From Macrostomum hystrix (lineage: Eukaryota; Animalia; Platyhelminthes): a DNA stretch of 64,000 nt. Below are positions 21,973 to 34,845 of this stretch, piece after piece. Location of the stretch: positions 8,618,001 through 8,682,000 of the forward strand of contig CATNEN010000001.1 of the NCBI GenBank assembly GCA_950097015.1, given 5' to 3'. The position numbers and the translations under genes are program-made. The notes beneath the pieces are model-generated. The model saw only the letters and a list, made by a program, of their open reading frames with translations, had not been told where the DNA came from and did no database searches. Each line of letters starts with the position of its first letter. The stretch's first letter is position 1.

Positions 21973-24900
21973 TTAAATGTGCCCTACTGATGGCAGCTGA
22001 AGGTAGGGACTGCAGTGACTTCCAATAAGGCTAGTCTGGTACAACGCCACCTGGTGGTAGGGATGATGATGTTGCTGCTGCTGCTGCTGCTGCTGTAGGT
22101 GCTGATTATGAAGCTGGTGATAGTAGTGTTGCTGATGCAGCTGACGGCACTGATGAAATGCCACTAATGATTCCGCTGCATCTCCCAGTCCATGAGGTGT
22201 ACAGTCAGGCGACAAGGCGAGGTGACTGCTACTGCTGCTGCTGTTGCTGCTGCCACTGCCGCCGACACAGTAATTCGCGCACTCTGAGCTAACCGACAAG
22301 CTCGGCTTTGAGACTGTCAATTTACCGTCAGAGGCGACGCTGATGGCTGCCGATATTGCTGGCTGCAGTTGCTGGTCGATCGGATAGGATTTGTTGAAGA
22401 CTTCGGCTTTGCTGAAATTGGCAGCGAAATTTTATTATAGACTGTCTATCTATCTATCTATTTGCAGGGGGCCCGGGGCACTTGTCGCACAAGCGACGGA
22501 GCGGCACGCCCCCAGACCGGCGAACTAGGCGCTTTTGCGCCCATCGCGCCGCCTCCCCTGAGCAGGCACCACACACAGCAGCACAGACCAGCCGGGGAGG
22601 GCAGGAGGCACCCAGAATAGGCAGCAGTGCCCCCCACCCCAGCCTCACACGCACAGAGCAGACCAAGCCGGGGCGGAAGGCTGATAAGAAATCAGTCCTC
22701 GGGGCGGGTGATGAGTGTACACTTATCCAATCGCGCTGACGGAAGTCCAGAAAGCGCGCGGCGGTGTACACCCGCCCTCCAGCCACCCCCCGCAAGGTCT
22801 CACGCCCCAGCGCCAACGCAGAACTCACGCAACGCAGAACAGGCACACAGAAGGTAGGAGCGAAGCTATTATTTCAAGCTTTGATTGCACGAAATATGGT
22901 GCTCCTCCGCCGGTCGCTACTGTCCAAACCTCCCAACAAGTCCCGAAATTAATCGTGACTTGAAGGGTGAATCGAACTAGCGTCCTTTGGAGTGCGAGGC
23001 AGCGACGTTAGCCGCTGACCCACTCGCCCCTATTATAGACTGTCAAACATCAACAGATTTAGTGGAGGGGATGAGTGGCAGTGCGGTCTAACGCGTCTGC
23101 CTCTCGCACCCCTATCCAGATTAAAATTTGACACCTAAAATGTGGTTCATTAATTAGGCAGTATATAGAATAGGGGTGCATTTGCACCAATTTATTCATG
23201 TATGACAGCCTAGGAGAGTAATATAGTGGGGCTAATTTTGTTATAAGTTGAAAACATTTGAAAAATTAGCTATTCTCTTTAACACAACCTACACGAAAAC
23301 GGAGCTTTAAATTTGATTTACCACGCTTATATTGAACAGTCTTCTTTCTGGCTGCTGTTCCATAATTCTGCTTCAGTGTTTGATTAATCGGTTGAAATGT
23401 TGGACACAAATTATTTACTGCTACCCTATATATACTTATTCTGTCCCATTTAACATTTTTCCTAAATACGAGAAAGATTGCTACCCCGACAAAGATATCT
23501 AGACAAGCGCTTTGTCTTTTAAGTTTTATAATTTTTTATATGCACTTATCACTTTTATATTAGCCACTATTAGTACTAGTTCATAGTTGTCGCATAACTT
23601 GTACTTTTACAAATAAAGCTTCTTTGTCTACATCTGGGTGTGTGGGGTACGGGGTAAGGCTGCAGCCGTCGAGTTCTGCCATAGACTAATGAAATTTCGA
23701 AGCATTGTTTTCAATAAATTTCATGTTAAGATCCCACTTTTCGGTTCAATCTCTAAATCTCTAGATCCAATCCCTTGATTTTAGTCTAGCCGCTTGACGG
23801 TCAGGGGTTCGATTCCTGACTCCACTGGAAAAATCTGTGTCCTTTATCAAGATACTTAACCCTCTGCGTTCTTCCAGTTCACCCAGCTGTTAAATAGGTA
23901 CCAACATTAGCTGGGATAATTGAGGGTGGGTGTGGCGTACCCTCAGTCCAGTACAGGTCCCTTGATTCCGGGGGTCAAGGTCCCTGAGCTCGATTCCGCG
24001 GCGAGACCATATTTACTTTGGGCGCAGCCGCGCCAACCTCCAAGGCGCAGTGAGAGTGTACACTGCCTGACGATGACAAAGTCAGGGCAGATGTACACAC
24101 CTGTGTGAGTGCGTGCTCAGGAGTCAACGAAATTGGCAGAACTGCCTCCTGTCCTCCACATATTATTATTGTTAAACCTTGACACCTAGATCCAATAAAT
24201 CCCTAGTTTAATTGGTAATTCCAAGCCTTTCATATTCCATTTGTACAGAACATTATCACATTACAGGCGCTATATATAATATTTTAGCGCCTACAATGAG
24301 GAAAGTAGTGTCAAGTGACAAGTCCGAAAATTGGGACTAAATCACAGAATAGCATCGACCCCGCCGCCATATGCTGCAGCTTCTTCTTTCGATAAGTGTA
24401 GATGATTTCAAATTTGACTTGGCAGAACTAGGCTGGCCTCTCAATCTACCTGCAGCCGTTATTCATTGATTCATTATAACAAAAAACATGCTTCACATTT
24501 CCATGCGATCTAGCATGGCATGCATGGTAATTGTTTATTGCAGGTTCGGGAAGTTTGAAAATGCTTCTTTCCCACCGAGATTTCTTGACCCAGAAATTGG
24601 ACTCGGAGGATGCTAGAAATAATTGCTACATTTAATTGTTTGTCGTTCACATTGTCGCTTATTTTTTGCATTTCTAACTATAGAAAGAAAGGTATAGAAG
24701 CTATGATATCTGAATATTGTTCATAATGACTACATACAAGCGCCTATAAAAGCTTCGAATTAATTAACCATCTTACACGAGAATGAGCAGTCAGAAGGGA
24801 ATCTCAACTGAAATAATCTCAAGACGTATGACATCCGCTCCTTAGATCCCAAAATATCCCATCACTAAATCTTCATTTTAGAACCCACCCCACGATCTAA

Positions 24901-26605
24901 TTTCAAGATCCCATCCATTCAGATCCCATCCCTACATCCCGTCACTAAATATCCCATCCCTTAAGATTCCAAACATTGTTCACATTCCTAGATCCCATCC
25001 CTAAAGATCCCATCCCTAAAGATTCCATCCCTAAATATCCCATCCCTTCAGATCCCATCACTTCAGATCCCATCCCTTCAGATCCCATCCCTTCAGATCC
25101 CATCCCTAAAGATCCCATCCTTTCAGATCCCATCCGTAAAGATCCCATCACTAAAGATCCCATCCCTTAAGATCCCATCCCTAAAAATCCCATCCCTAAA
25201 GATACCATCCCTAAAGATCCCATCCCTAAAGATACCATCCCTAAAGATCCCATCCCTAAAGATTCCATCCCTTAAGATCCCCATTCCTTAAGATCCCACG
25301 GTAGATCCCATTCCAAAAGATCCCATCTTTAAAAAAATCCACTCCCTAGAACCCGTCCCAAATCTCGTCCCCATGGCAACCACTCGCCTATGCACTCACA
25401 GCTGCAGTGTGGTATCCAATTCTTTTCCATCGCCGACCACTTCGTGAGTCTCGGCGTCAAGACGCTCAGCCTCAGCAGCAGCAGCAGCATCAGCCGATGG
25501 ACCGCAAGTCGCGGCCCGATCTCTTTGTCGCCGATTCTTGAACCAGTTCGACACCTGAGTTGTTGTCAGGCCAGTCAGCTCGGCCAGATCCCGCTTATCT
25601 CTCGGCGCCGGGTAAGGATTTCTGATGTACCAGTCGCGCAGAGCGTTGCGCGATCGTTCCTTGAAGCAGTAGGAGGTCTCCTCGCCGTCCCAGATGGTCC
25701 GCGGCAGCGGGAACTTCTTGCGCACCCGGTACTTACCAACGGCGCCGAGCGGTCGTCCGCGAAGCCGTTCGGCCTCCGTGTAGCGAGCTCTCAGCCACAG
25801 ATCCTGAGCGAGATAAGAATTTGGACAATAGGAACTTGTTTCTTTGAAATCCTGACATCCTTAAGTCTTTATCCCGTAAATCTTCCAATTCCCGAAACTA
25901 AAATTAACCCAAAAAAATCCTTTGGGTTTCCGGGACACCCGGAGATCCCTAAACTGTCGTTATCCCTAAATCCTCGAAATCCCAAGTCTTTAAATCCCTA
26001 AATCCTCGAAATCCCAAGTCTTTAAATCCCTAAATCCTCGAAATCCCAAGTCGTAAAAATCCCTTAATTTTCGAAACCCCCAATTCCTTAAAATCCCTAA
26101 ATCCTAAAAAACCTTGAGTCTTAAAAGTTCCTAATTCCATTTAAATCCCCAATTCAAAAAAAATCGTAAGTAAAAAATCCCTAAACTGTAAAAACATCAA
26201 ATTTGCGAAATCCTTTTAGTCAACTTTTAAATCCCAAAAACCTCTTAGACATTTGGAATCCCAAACTAAAAAACTGACCTGCATTTTCGCATGATTCTGC
26301 GGCGCGAAATTGTGATTCTCGACCAGTCTGTAGAGCTCTTTGAAATTGCCGCGATGAAAAGCTACCGTGGCGCTGGCTTTAACGAAGCTTTCGTTTCTTA
26401 GCAAAATGTCGCACTGCGGCAGTGACCACAGGAACCTGGCTAGCCGTTCAATATTGCCACCCTGAAGCAGCACCTCGCACACGCAGGCGACTTGCTCCTG
26501 GGTGAAGCCGAACGGTATTGAAGGCGGTTGAATATGCTGATGCTGCAGCTGATAGTGCTGCTGCTGATACACAGGCTGTAGCAATAGATTGCTATCTGAT
26601 ATCAT
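21973..26605 (-). CDS. six1/2: Six1/2 (sine oculis) homeobox transcription factor, 3 exons
   Basis: Exons 26605-26279, 25803-25400 and 22411-21973 join in frame. SIX domain [13 protein letters not shown]...[23 protein letters not shown]; the homeodomain has the ETSY tetrapeptide diagnostic of Six1/2 and [14 protein letters not shown]; the C-terminal exon is Q/H/S-rich. Confidence 0.95.
22447..23030 (-). mobile_element. tRNA-derived SINE family C (584 bp, GC-rich), young insertion in six1/2 intron 2
   Basis: Head GGGGCGAGTGGGTCAGCGG...CTAGTTCGATTC, (ATAG)n tail, perfect 14-bp TSD TATTATAGACTGTC (22433-22446, 23031-23044). Confidence 0.88.
23790..24170 (+). mobile_element. Composite of a family B (CORE-like) SINE (about 23790-23955) and a family A SINE body (about 23975-24170), in six1/2 intron 2
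   Basis: GGGGTTCGATTCC B-box and CAGTTCACCCAGCTGTTAAATAGGTACC, followed by family A AAGGTCCCTGAGCTCGATTCCGCGGCGAG...GTGTACACTGCCTGACGATGAC... and an ATTATTATT tail. Confidence 0.75.
24905..25325. repeat. 15-bp minisatellite GATCCCATCCCTAAA (six1/2 intron 2)
   Basis: Tandem periodicity. Confidence 0.92.
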
Positions 26606-26664
26606 TTTTCATATAGATTTGATTTCAATATCTTTGTGAGAATCATGATCCCCGTTATTTGCAG

Positions 26665-26740
26665 GGGTTTTTATATCGCCAATTGGGGGCGTTGTTGGGG
26701 AGCGCTGTGCGAAGCGAGGATAAAATTATCCCTATTGGCT
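26665..26740 (-). promoter_or_regulatory. Candidate six1/2 core promoter (TATA-like box and two CCAAT boxes)
   Basis: On the - strand, CCAAT at 26738-26734 and 26686-26682 and ATATAAAAA at 26676-26668, about 65 bp upstream of the ATG. Motif-only evidence. Confidence 0.35.
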
Positions 26741-26881
26741 GCAAAATTGCCGCCACTGTGAATCCCCAAACCCCTTCCCACCTTAATTCCCATTCACTCC
26801 AAGCTTCTTTCGCATTGTCTTCCCTAATCACGTTCCGGTGGGATAATACACAAGAGAGACTTGGACAGATACTGGTGAGGA

Positions 26882-27735
26882 GGAACAGACAGGTGAGAGT
26901 GGAACAGAGACAGGTGAGAGTGGAACAGAGACAGGTGAGAGTGGAACAGAGACAGGTGAGAGTGGAACAGAGACAGGTGAGAGTGGAACAGAGACAGGTG
27001 AGAGTGGAACAGAGACAGGGGAGAGTTGAGCTGAGGCAGATGATAGTGGAACAGAGACAGGTGAGAGTGGAACAGAGACAGGTGAGAGTGGAACAGAGAC
27101 AGGGGAGAGTTGAGCTGAGGCAGATGATAGTGGAACAGAGACAGGTGAGAGTGGAACAGAGACAGGTGAGAGTGGAACAGAGACAGGTGAGAGTGGAACA
27201 GAGACAGGTGAGAGTGGAACAGAGACAGGTGAGAGTGGAACAGAGACAGATGAGAGTGGAACAGAGACAGGTGAGAGTGGAACAGAGACAGGTAAGAGTG
27301 GAACAGAGACAGATGAGAGTGGAACAGAGACAGGTGAGAGTGGAACAGAGACAGGTGAGAGTGGAACAGAGACAGGTGAGAGTGGAACAGAGACAGGTGA
27401 GAGTGGAACAGAGACAGGTGAGAGTGGAACAGAGAAAGGGGAGAGTTGAGCTGAGGCAGATGATAGTGGAACAGAGACAGGTGAGAGTGGAACAGAGACA
27501 GGTGAGAGTGGAACAGAGACAGGTGAGAGTGGAACAGAGACAGGTGAGAGTGGAACAGAGACAGGTGAGAGTGGAACAGAGACAGATGAGAGTGGAACAG
27601 AGACAGGTGAGAGTGGAACAGAGACAGGTAAGAGTGGAACAGAGACAGATGAGAGTGGAACAGAGACGGGTGAGAGTGGAACAGAGACAGATAAGAGTGG
27701 AACAGAGACAGGTGAGAGTGGAGTTGAGACGGGGG
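26882..27735. repeat. 21-bp minisatellite GGAACAGAGACAGGTGAGAGT upstream of six1/2
   Basis: Tandem periodicity. Confidence 0.95.
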
Positions 27736-28164
27736 ACAGTGGGACACAAACAGTTCCGAGCCATCACAGCAGTAAAAAGTGTCATATTTGGCAATATATC
27801 TTCACCAACTGAGAGTTTTTCTAGTGTTAGACAGACATGTTTTATGACAATGAAACAAGAAGACTAGACAAGTAAAAACAATTATAACTGTATGCATGGA
27901 AAGTGTTAGGTGACTCATTCATTCCATCTTCACAAAGCTTTCGGTTGAGCTGATTTTTTCCCCAAAACAGACTCAGAAACAGGCATGGGTGTACTATATA
28001 GTTCAATAAACTTTTTAGTTCAACAATCGCTTGTATTTGCGAGATCCGACACCGCTTGTTGGCATCTCCGCAGGGTACTCGTATAATACTAAAGTTGACA
28101 AAAAGTCTATCGTATCATACTGCCGCAAACTGATAGATTTATGGATAGGATGAGGAGAGGGTCT

Positions 28165-28870
28165 AAAGGGATCTGAAGGGAGGATGGAGCGGATGTGAAG
28201 GTAGGGTTAGGGGAATATGGGGCGGATCTGAAGAGAGGATGGGGCGGATCTGAAGGGAGGATGAGGCGGATCTGAAGGGAGGATGGGGCGAATCTGAAGG
28301 GAGGATGGGGCGAATCTGAAGGGAGGATGTGGTGAGGATGTGGCGGATCTGAAGGGAGGATGTGGTGAGGATGTGGCGGATCTGAAGGGAGGATGTGGTT
28401 AGTATGAGGCGGATCTGAAGGGAGCATGTGGTGAGGATGTGGCGGATCTGAAGGGAGCATGTGGTGAGGATGTGGCGGATCTGAAGGAGCATGTGGTGAG
28501 GATGTGGCGGATCTGAAGGGAGGATGAGGCGGATCTGAAGGGAAGATGGGGCGAATCTGAAGGGAGGATGGGGCGAATCTGAAGGGAGGATGTGGCGGAT
28601 CTGAAGGGAGGATGTGGTGAGGATGTGGCGGATCTGAAGGGAGGATGTGGTGAGGATGTGGCGGATCTGAAGGGAGGATGTGGTGAGGATGTGGCGGATC
28701 TGAAGGGAGGATGTGGTGAGGATGTGGCGGATCTGAAGGAGGATGTGGTGAGGATGTGGCGGATCTGAAGGGAGGATGTGGTGAGGATGTGGCGGATCTG
28801 AAGGGAGCATGTGGTGAGGATGTGGCGGATCTGAAGGGAGGATGTGGTGAGGATGTGGCGGATCTGAAGG
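28165..28870. repeat. 22/33-bp G-rich minisatellite GGCGGATCTGAAGGGAGGATGT(GGTGAGGATGT)
   Basis: Tandem periodicity. Confidence 0.93.
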
Positions 28871-29519
28871 GATGATTTGGGGTGGATGAAGGATGAATGG
28901 ATTCTAAATTTGATGAAGTGTCCAATAAATTATATACAAAGCGGAAAATAACCTAGACGAATTACTAACCTACTTACCACAATCAGGAAAGACAGTTAAT
29001 TACCCTGAAGATATAGTGTGAAAAAAGTTTTATTGTTTCTGTCTGTTTATCCTTGGTTAGGTTCCTTGGCCAAAGAAAAAGATTGGCATCTATTAAAATG
29101 CATGGTAGCATGATTGTTGGAATGTGTATCAGTGCCTCCGTGGGAGACATCTGTTGGCACAGGACAGCGACAATTGGGATGAAACCAACAGTGTCTGGCG
29201 TTTACAACTTTTGTCTATTAACAAGGAATGCGCCTAGCAGAAATGTTGAATTTTGTGAGCTAGATCACCTGCAAGCAACAAATGGATTTTGGTTTTTGAA
29301 CAGAAATCTACTGTCACATCAACCGGCTGTGAGGATCTGTAAGGTGTGGGATTTGGAAACACAAAAATTTGTTTAAATCCTGCCGTATTTTCGCACCTGT
29401 TTTGCTTATTTAAGACAAATCTGTTGACGTTTTTGCTTCTGCTGCTGCTGCTTTTGCGTTTACAAGTGAAGTCAATTTTCCATTTAGAAATTTCTTAATT
29501 GATAGTGCCAGCTATTTTA

Positions 29520-30556
29520 AAGGCGGATTCTATGGTAGATTGGATGGTTGGGGCGGATTCTATGGTAGATTGGATGGTTGGGGCGGATTCTATGGTAGAT
29601 TGGATGGTTGGGGCGGATTCTATGGTAGATTGGATGGTTGGGGCGGATTCTATGGTAGATTGGATGGTTGGGGCGGATTCTATGGTAGATTGGATGGTTG
29701 GGGCGGATTCTATGGTAGATTGGATGGTTGGGGCGGATTCTATGGTAGATTGGATGTTAGGGGCGGATTCTATGGTAGATTGGATGGTTGGGGCGGATTC
29801 TATGGTAGATTGGATGGTTGGGGCGGATTCTATGGTAGATTGCATGGATGGTTGGGGCGGATTCTATGGTAGATTGGATGGTTGGGGCGGATTCTATGGT
29901 AGATTGGATGGTTGGGGCGGATTCTATGGTAGATTGGATGGTTGGGGCGGATTCTATGGTAGATTGGATGGTTGGGGCGGATTCTATGGTAGATTGGATG
30001 GTTGGGGCGGATTCTATGGTAGATTGGATGTTAGGGGCGGATTCTATGGTAGATTGGATGGTTGGGGCGGATTCTATGGTAGATTGCATGGATGGTTGGG
30101 GCGGATTCTATGGTAGATTGCATGGATGGTTGGGGCGGATTCTATGGTAGATTGGATGGTTGGGGCGGATTCTATGGTAGATTGGATGGTTGGGGCGGAT
30201 TCTATGGTAGATTGGATGGTTGGGGCGGATTCTACAGTAGATTGGATGGATTCTACAGTAGATTGGATGGATTCTACAGTAGATTGGATGTATTCTACAG
30301 TAGATTGGATGGATTCTACAGTAGATTGGATGGATTCTACAGTAGATTGGATGGATTCTACAGAAGATTGGATGGATTCTAGAGAAGATTGGATGGATTC
30401 TACAGTAGATTGGATGGATTCTACAGAAGATTGGATGGATTCTACAGAAGATTTGATGGATTCTACAGAAGATTGGATGGATTCTACAGAAGATTGGATG
30501 GATTCTACAGTAGATTGGATGGATTCTACAGAAGATTGGATGGATTCTACAGTAGA
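29520..30556. repeat. 30-bp minisatellite GGGGCGGATTCTATGGTAGATTGGATGGTT grading into a 21-bp derivative
   Basis: Tandem periodicity; the unit shortens at about 30240. Confidence 0.95.
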
Positions 30557-32184
30557 TAGCAGCTTAAATGTATATTCTAAAGCTGCTAAAGTATAGTCAA
30601 GTAGTCATATTTGTCATGGCCTTTCTGATGACCCGTTCACTTACAAGTGCCATCTTCTTTTGTGCATATCTTTGCCGGATGCAGCTTCTAGATCCTTCCA
30701 GCCTCTAAAAACTCCCTACCATATTGCCAGCGGGAAACCTACCCTGAAAAGCGACCTCTCCAGGGACCTCCCGTAAATAAATATTCTTTGTTTTGCCAAA
30801 TATTCGGCTAAAGGGAGTTTTCTTGCGTCCGGTTCTTCTTCAATTTGAAACCTTTAGCGAATACGGATCGCTAACACTGGCTCAGTGTCGGGTGGGGTGG
30901 AAGGGGTTCGGTTGTCAAGCACCCATGTGTCCAGTGCCCCACATCTTGCCAAATGATCTCCCAAGATAATTTCGGACTTCGGCACGGCGTGTTAACAGAG
31001 ATTAGCGGTCTTGCCGAGTATGAATTTTTAACTGCTTTTTTTCCTGCCTTTAGCACCTACGATCCCCATGGGTAAGATGGCCCGGACGAGATTAGCTTCC
31101 AAACTCGACAGTGTACAGTCAGTTGTATTTATATAGATTTTTCAGTAGACGAGCGAAATCTTTTTGAAGAATCAAAAAAAGCAACAAAAAGTTTCCTCGG
31201 AGACTGCGGACTGGAGGAACAAAAAACCGCCTCAAACAGATGGTGTCAAACGCTTCCGCGTTGTTACACGATTTTCTTTCCTAGAAAAACTGAATTATAA
31301 CAAAATTTCCTTTAGAGTTTTACACGGCCGGCTTGTCAAGGAAAGATTTCCATCGGGTTTAGAAATCTACGTTCAGGATTTCGTAACTGTGCCGCCAAAA
31401 AAAATCGAAGCGAACAAAAAAATTTGTAAATAATTCGCAGCAGGATGTGGGCTGGAGGTTGCGGAACAGAAACAGCTCGCGGAGAGAAGGCTTTGAAGCA
31501 TTGTCGTGCGATTCTGCGACTGTCTCTGCCCCAGTGCGAGACATTGGTAGGATGGTAAAGTGCCTGTAAAATTGCCATGCACTGATTCAGCCCTTGCTGA
31601 ATCACAACATTCTTACCGAAGCTATCAAGCTGTTTACTCCGTTCGAAATGAGGATTCGAAATCTCCAAGCTTTGGCTGATCCTCCTCGCTCAGCGGGTGA
31701 CCACTCACGAGCCCTCACAAATTTCTCCCAAATCCTGAGTATAATAATCTATCCGAGCGGGTGCGGCAGGATTCTAAATTGGGCATTGTTTACGCTATGT
31801 TACTTGGCTCGTACAGGCCAAGCGGGTTTCGGACCGAAGACTATAACAAATTGACAACACTGTGCAGATCGCAGAGTGGCTTACCTGAAGCGCGCATCAT
31901 ACTTGTAAGATTATCGATACGCTTGTCAGCGTGTGCCTTCCTGAACCCTCGCTCTCCAGTCTAGAAGGATTACAGACCCATCACCTCAAGTGCTTCCCTT
32001 GTATAGTAGTCACGAGTGTTTTATTTACACAAGCTATAGTCGGATTGACAAACTTTCTGTTTTGGTAGCTTTCGGGATGGCACAATTGACGATTATCGGC
32101 CGAACTTTGATCTTCGATTTATACCACATTAGATTTTCAGTTTTGTGCATTTTTAATTTCACTCTATGCGGAGAAATTGAGTTG

Positions 32185-32390
32185 AGCACCCTGAGTTCGA
32201 GTCCGCGGGATAACAACATACATTTGGGGCGCAGCCGCGGAGAGAAGGCTTGGGGGGCTTGTCGTGCAATTTACGCCCTTGAGGGCCAACCTCCAAGGCA
32301 TGCGGTAATGCGCTCATAGATGTACACACCTGTGTGAGAGCTCAGGAGTCAGCGGAATGGGAAGAATTACCTCTTACTGACTGCGGGTCT
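32185..32390 (+). mobile_element. SINE family A, partial copy with an internal deletion
   Basis: Matches family A: CCCTGAGTTCGAGTCCGCGG...GCAGCCGCGGAGAGAAGGCTT...GCTCAGGAGTCAGCGGAATGGG. Confidence 0.75.
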
Positions 32391-33060
32391 CACCTGATAA
32401 ATATTGGGATAAGAACCAGAGCTTTCGAGGCAGGGAGATTAAAAATCGATCAATCAAAAATATATTTTTTTTCTGTAGCAATTGAGGAATGAATAAACAA
32501 GAGTTTGCAGAGAGAACTGTAATTCCTTGGCGAGAAATCCAATCTTCTTATGCTACTAGAAGTAGAAATAAAAAAAGATTGAACATAGAAAAGGAAATTC
32601 TAACGTAAACTTATTCCTGCTAATTCCTGTGCATTTAGATAATGTTAAACTTTGCTAATTTGCATCATAAGGGATGTGAAAGCTATATTTTAAGGCTTAT
32701 CGAAGGGCTGTTCAGTCCATGGACTGAGGTGCCCCCACAGTCACACCGACCCAAAGTTTCTACCATGAGCAGATGTTGGTACTCATTTTACAGCAGATTG
32801 GATGGGGAAATCGTTTGTCTCGCCTAAAGCCACAAATGAATGAGTTCTAAAAATAGAAACTGACGTCAGTTAATCAGGAAAGGATAAGGGGCTGAAAGGT
32901 CATGTTTCTAAAAATAGCCTTTTTAAAGAATAGAGACAGGAAAACTATGACACTAAAAGGTCATGAAAGAGTTATAAATCTAACTGTAGATCACTATAAC
33001 TGCACAAGAAGCTTATGGAAAAAACACAGGCTAACTATAGCGCTTTTCTACCATCTAAAG

Positions 33061-33991
33061 CAGGGGTCGGCAAACTCCGGCCCGCGGGCCAGATGCGGCC
33101 CTCGAAGCTCCCAAATCCGGCCCGTTGCCCCTTCTGACATCTACAGTGTCTTGTTTCATCTCTCTCGCGTCTCATCTCTCCTGTATCTAATCTCTCCCGT
33201 GTCTAATCTCTCCCGTGTCTAATTTCTCCCGTGTCTAATCTCTCCCGTGTCTCATCTCTCCCGTGTCTAATCTCTCCCGTGTCTAATCTCTCCCGTGTCT
33301 AATCTCTCCCGTGTCTAATCTCTCCCGTGTCTCATCTCTCCCGTGTCTAATCTCTCCCGTGTCTAATCTCTCCCGTGTCTAATCTCTCCTGTGTCTAATC
33401 TCTCCCGTGTCTCATCTCTCCTGTGTCTAATCTCTCCCGTGTCTAATCTCTCCCGTGTCTAATCTCTCCCGTGTCTAATCTCTCCCGTGTCTAATCTCTC
33501 CTGTGTCTAATCTCTCCCGTGTCTAATTTCTCCCGTGTCTAATCTCTCCTGTGTCTAATTTCTCCCGTGTCTAATCTCTCCCGTGTCTAATTTCTCCCGT
33601 GTCTAATTTCTCCCGTGTCTAATCTCTCCCGTGTCTAATCTCTCCCGTGTCTAATTTCTCCCGTGTCTAATCTCTCCTGTGTCTAATCTCTCCCGTGTCT
33701 AATTTCTCCCGTGTCTAATCTCTCCTGTGTCTAATCTCTCCTGTGTCTAATCTCTCCCGTGTCTAATCTCTCCTGTGTCTAATCTCTCCCGTGTCTAATC
33801 TCTCCTGTGTCTAATCTCTCCCGTGTCTCATCTCTCTCGTGTCCCATCTTTCCTGTGTCTCATCTCTCCCGTGTCTCATCTCTCCCGTGTCTCATCTCTC
33901 CCCTATCTCATATTTATACAGTCAATGCGGCCCGCTGTCGTCTTTTAGGCTCTCTCTTTGGCCCGCCAGCAAATAAGTTTGCCTACCCCTG
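33061..33991 (+). mobile_element. hAT (Charlie/Buster-type) MITE with an expanded internal 16-bp minisatellite
   Basis: TIRs CAGGGGTCGGCAAACT / AGTTTGCCTACCCCTG, perfect 8-bp TSD ATCTAAAG (33053-33060, 33992-33999), GGCCCG subterminal motifs; the interior (about 33155-33905) is (TCTCCCGTGTCT(A/C)ATC)n. Confidence 0.92.
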
Positions 33992-34667
33992 ATCTAAAGC
34001 AAATAAATAGTTAATTCTACTAGCACAGTAGATTATAGGCAAGCATAAAAGCCAAAACTGTTGACATAATTCCATATCATTCACCCTAATGCTTCGCAAA
34101 AAGGTAACCAAAATAGGATAAACTAAACATTTAAATTAGAATATAGACCGCTTAGACCGCTTTGGCACCCACCCCTGGCAACAAATGAGACATTTTGTAA
34201 TTAAAATTGTAGTTTACTTACAACTGAAGTATTTCACTTGTGGATGTGGTGACACTTGCGCTGCTGAAATACTGTTTCTATTTCACCTGCGTCTCATACC
34301 CAATGAGATCTCCGGTTGCAATGTACAATGTATCTGTACCTGGTAGGCCTGTACATCAGTTGAGCCGAATGCAAATAGCCATTGCTTCGAGTTGCTGGCC
34401 TACATTAGATTAGTTTAATGTAGGTTTATTGTTAGTGAGAAGCTTTTGCTTATTGAAACTCCGCGTAGTTTTTGATTCTTTAGAAAATTGTCTTACAAAC
34501 AAGTAAAGTAAGGAGTTTTAAGGTTTTATAAGTTATAAATATTAAACCAAATCTTTGAGCTGAAAAAATTGCAACTTTTCCCCAACGAATGCCTTGTCAT
34601 GAAGATAACTTGATCTGGTCGCCACAGGCCATATTGACAATAAACGTCAATAAACATTAACTTTTGG

Positions 34668-34845
34668 AAATCGTTTGGTGACACTAGACCCGCAGCCAGC
34701 GGCCCATTTCGCTGACTCCTGAGCAAACATACACACAGATAGTGTACGCAGGCACAAACTCACACAGGTGTGTACATCTGGCCTGACTTTCTCATCGTCA
34801 GGCAGTGTACACTCTCACTGTGCCTTGGAGGTTGGCCCTCTAGGG
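34668..34845 (-). mobile_element. SINE family A, 3' part
   Basis: TTTGGTGACACTAGACCCGCAGCC...GTGTACATCTGGCCTGACTTTCTCATCGTCAGGCAGTGTACAC...GGAGGTTGGCCCTC is shared with the other copies. Confidence 0.8.

Noticed and set aside
26655-27867. Cys-rich / RQVRVEQ ORFs upstream of six1/2
   Set aside because: A 21-bp minisatellite open in several frames; no evidence of a gene.
31990-32319. LINE endonuclease suggested by YSRIDK
   Set aside because: Only a short motif match with no other APE motifs recognisable, and the ORF runs into a SINE.
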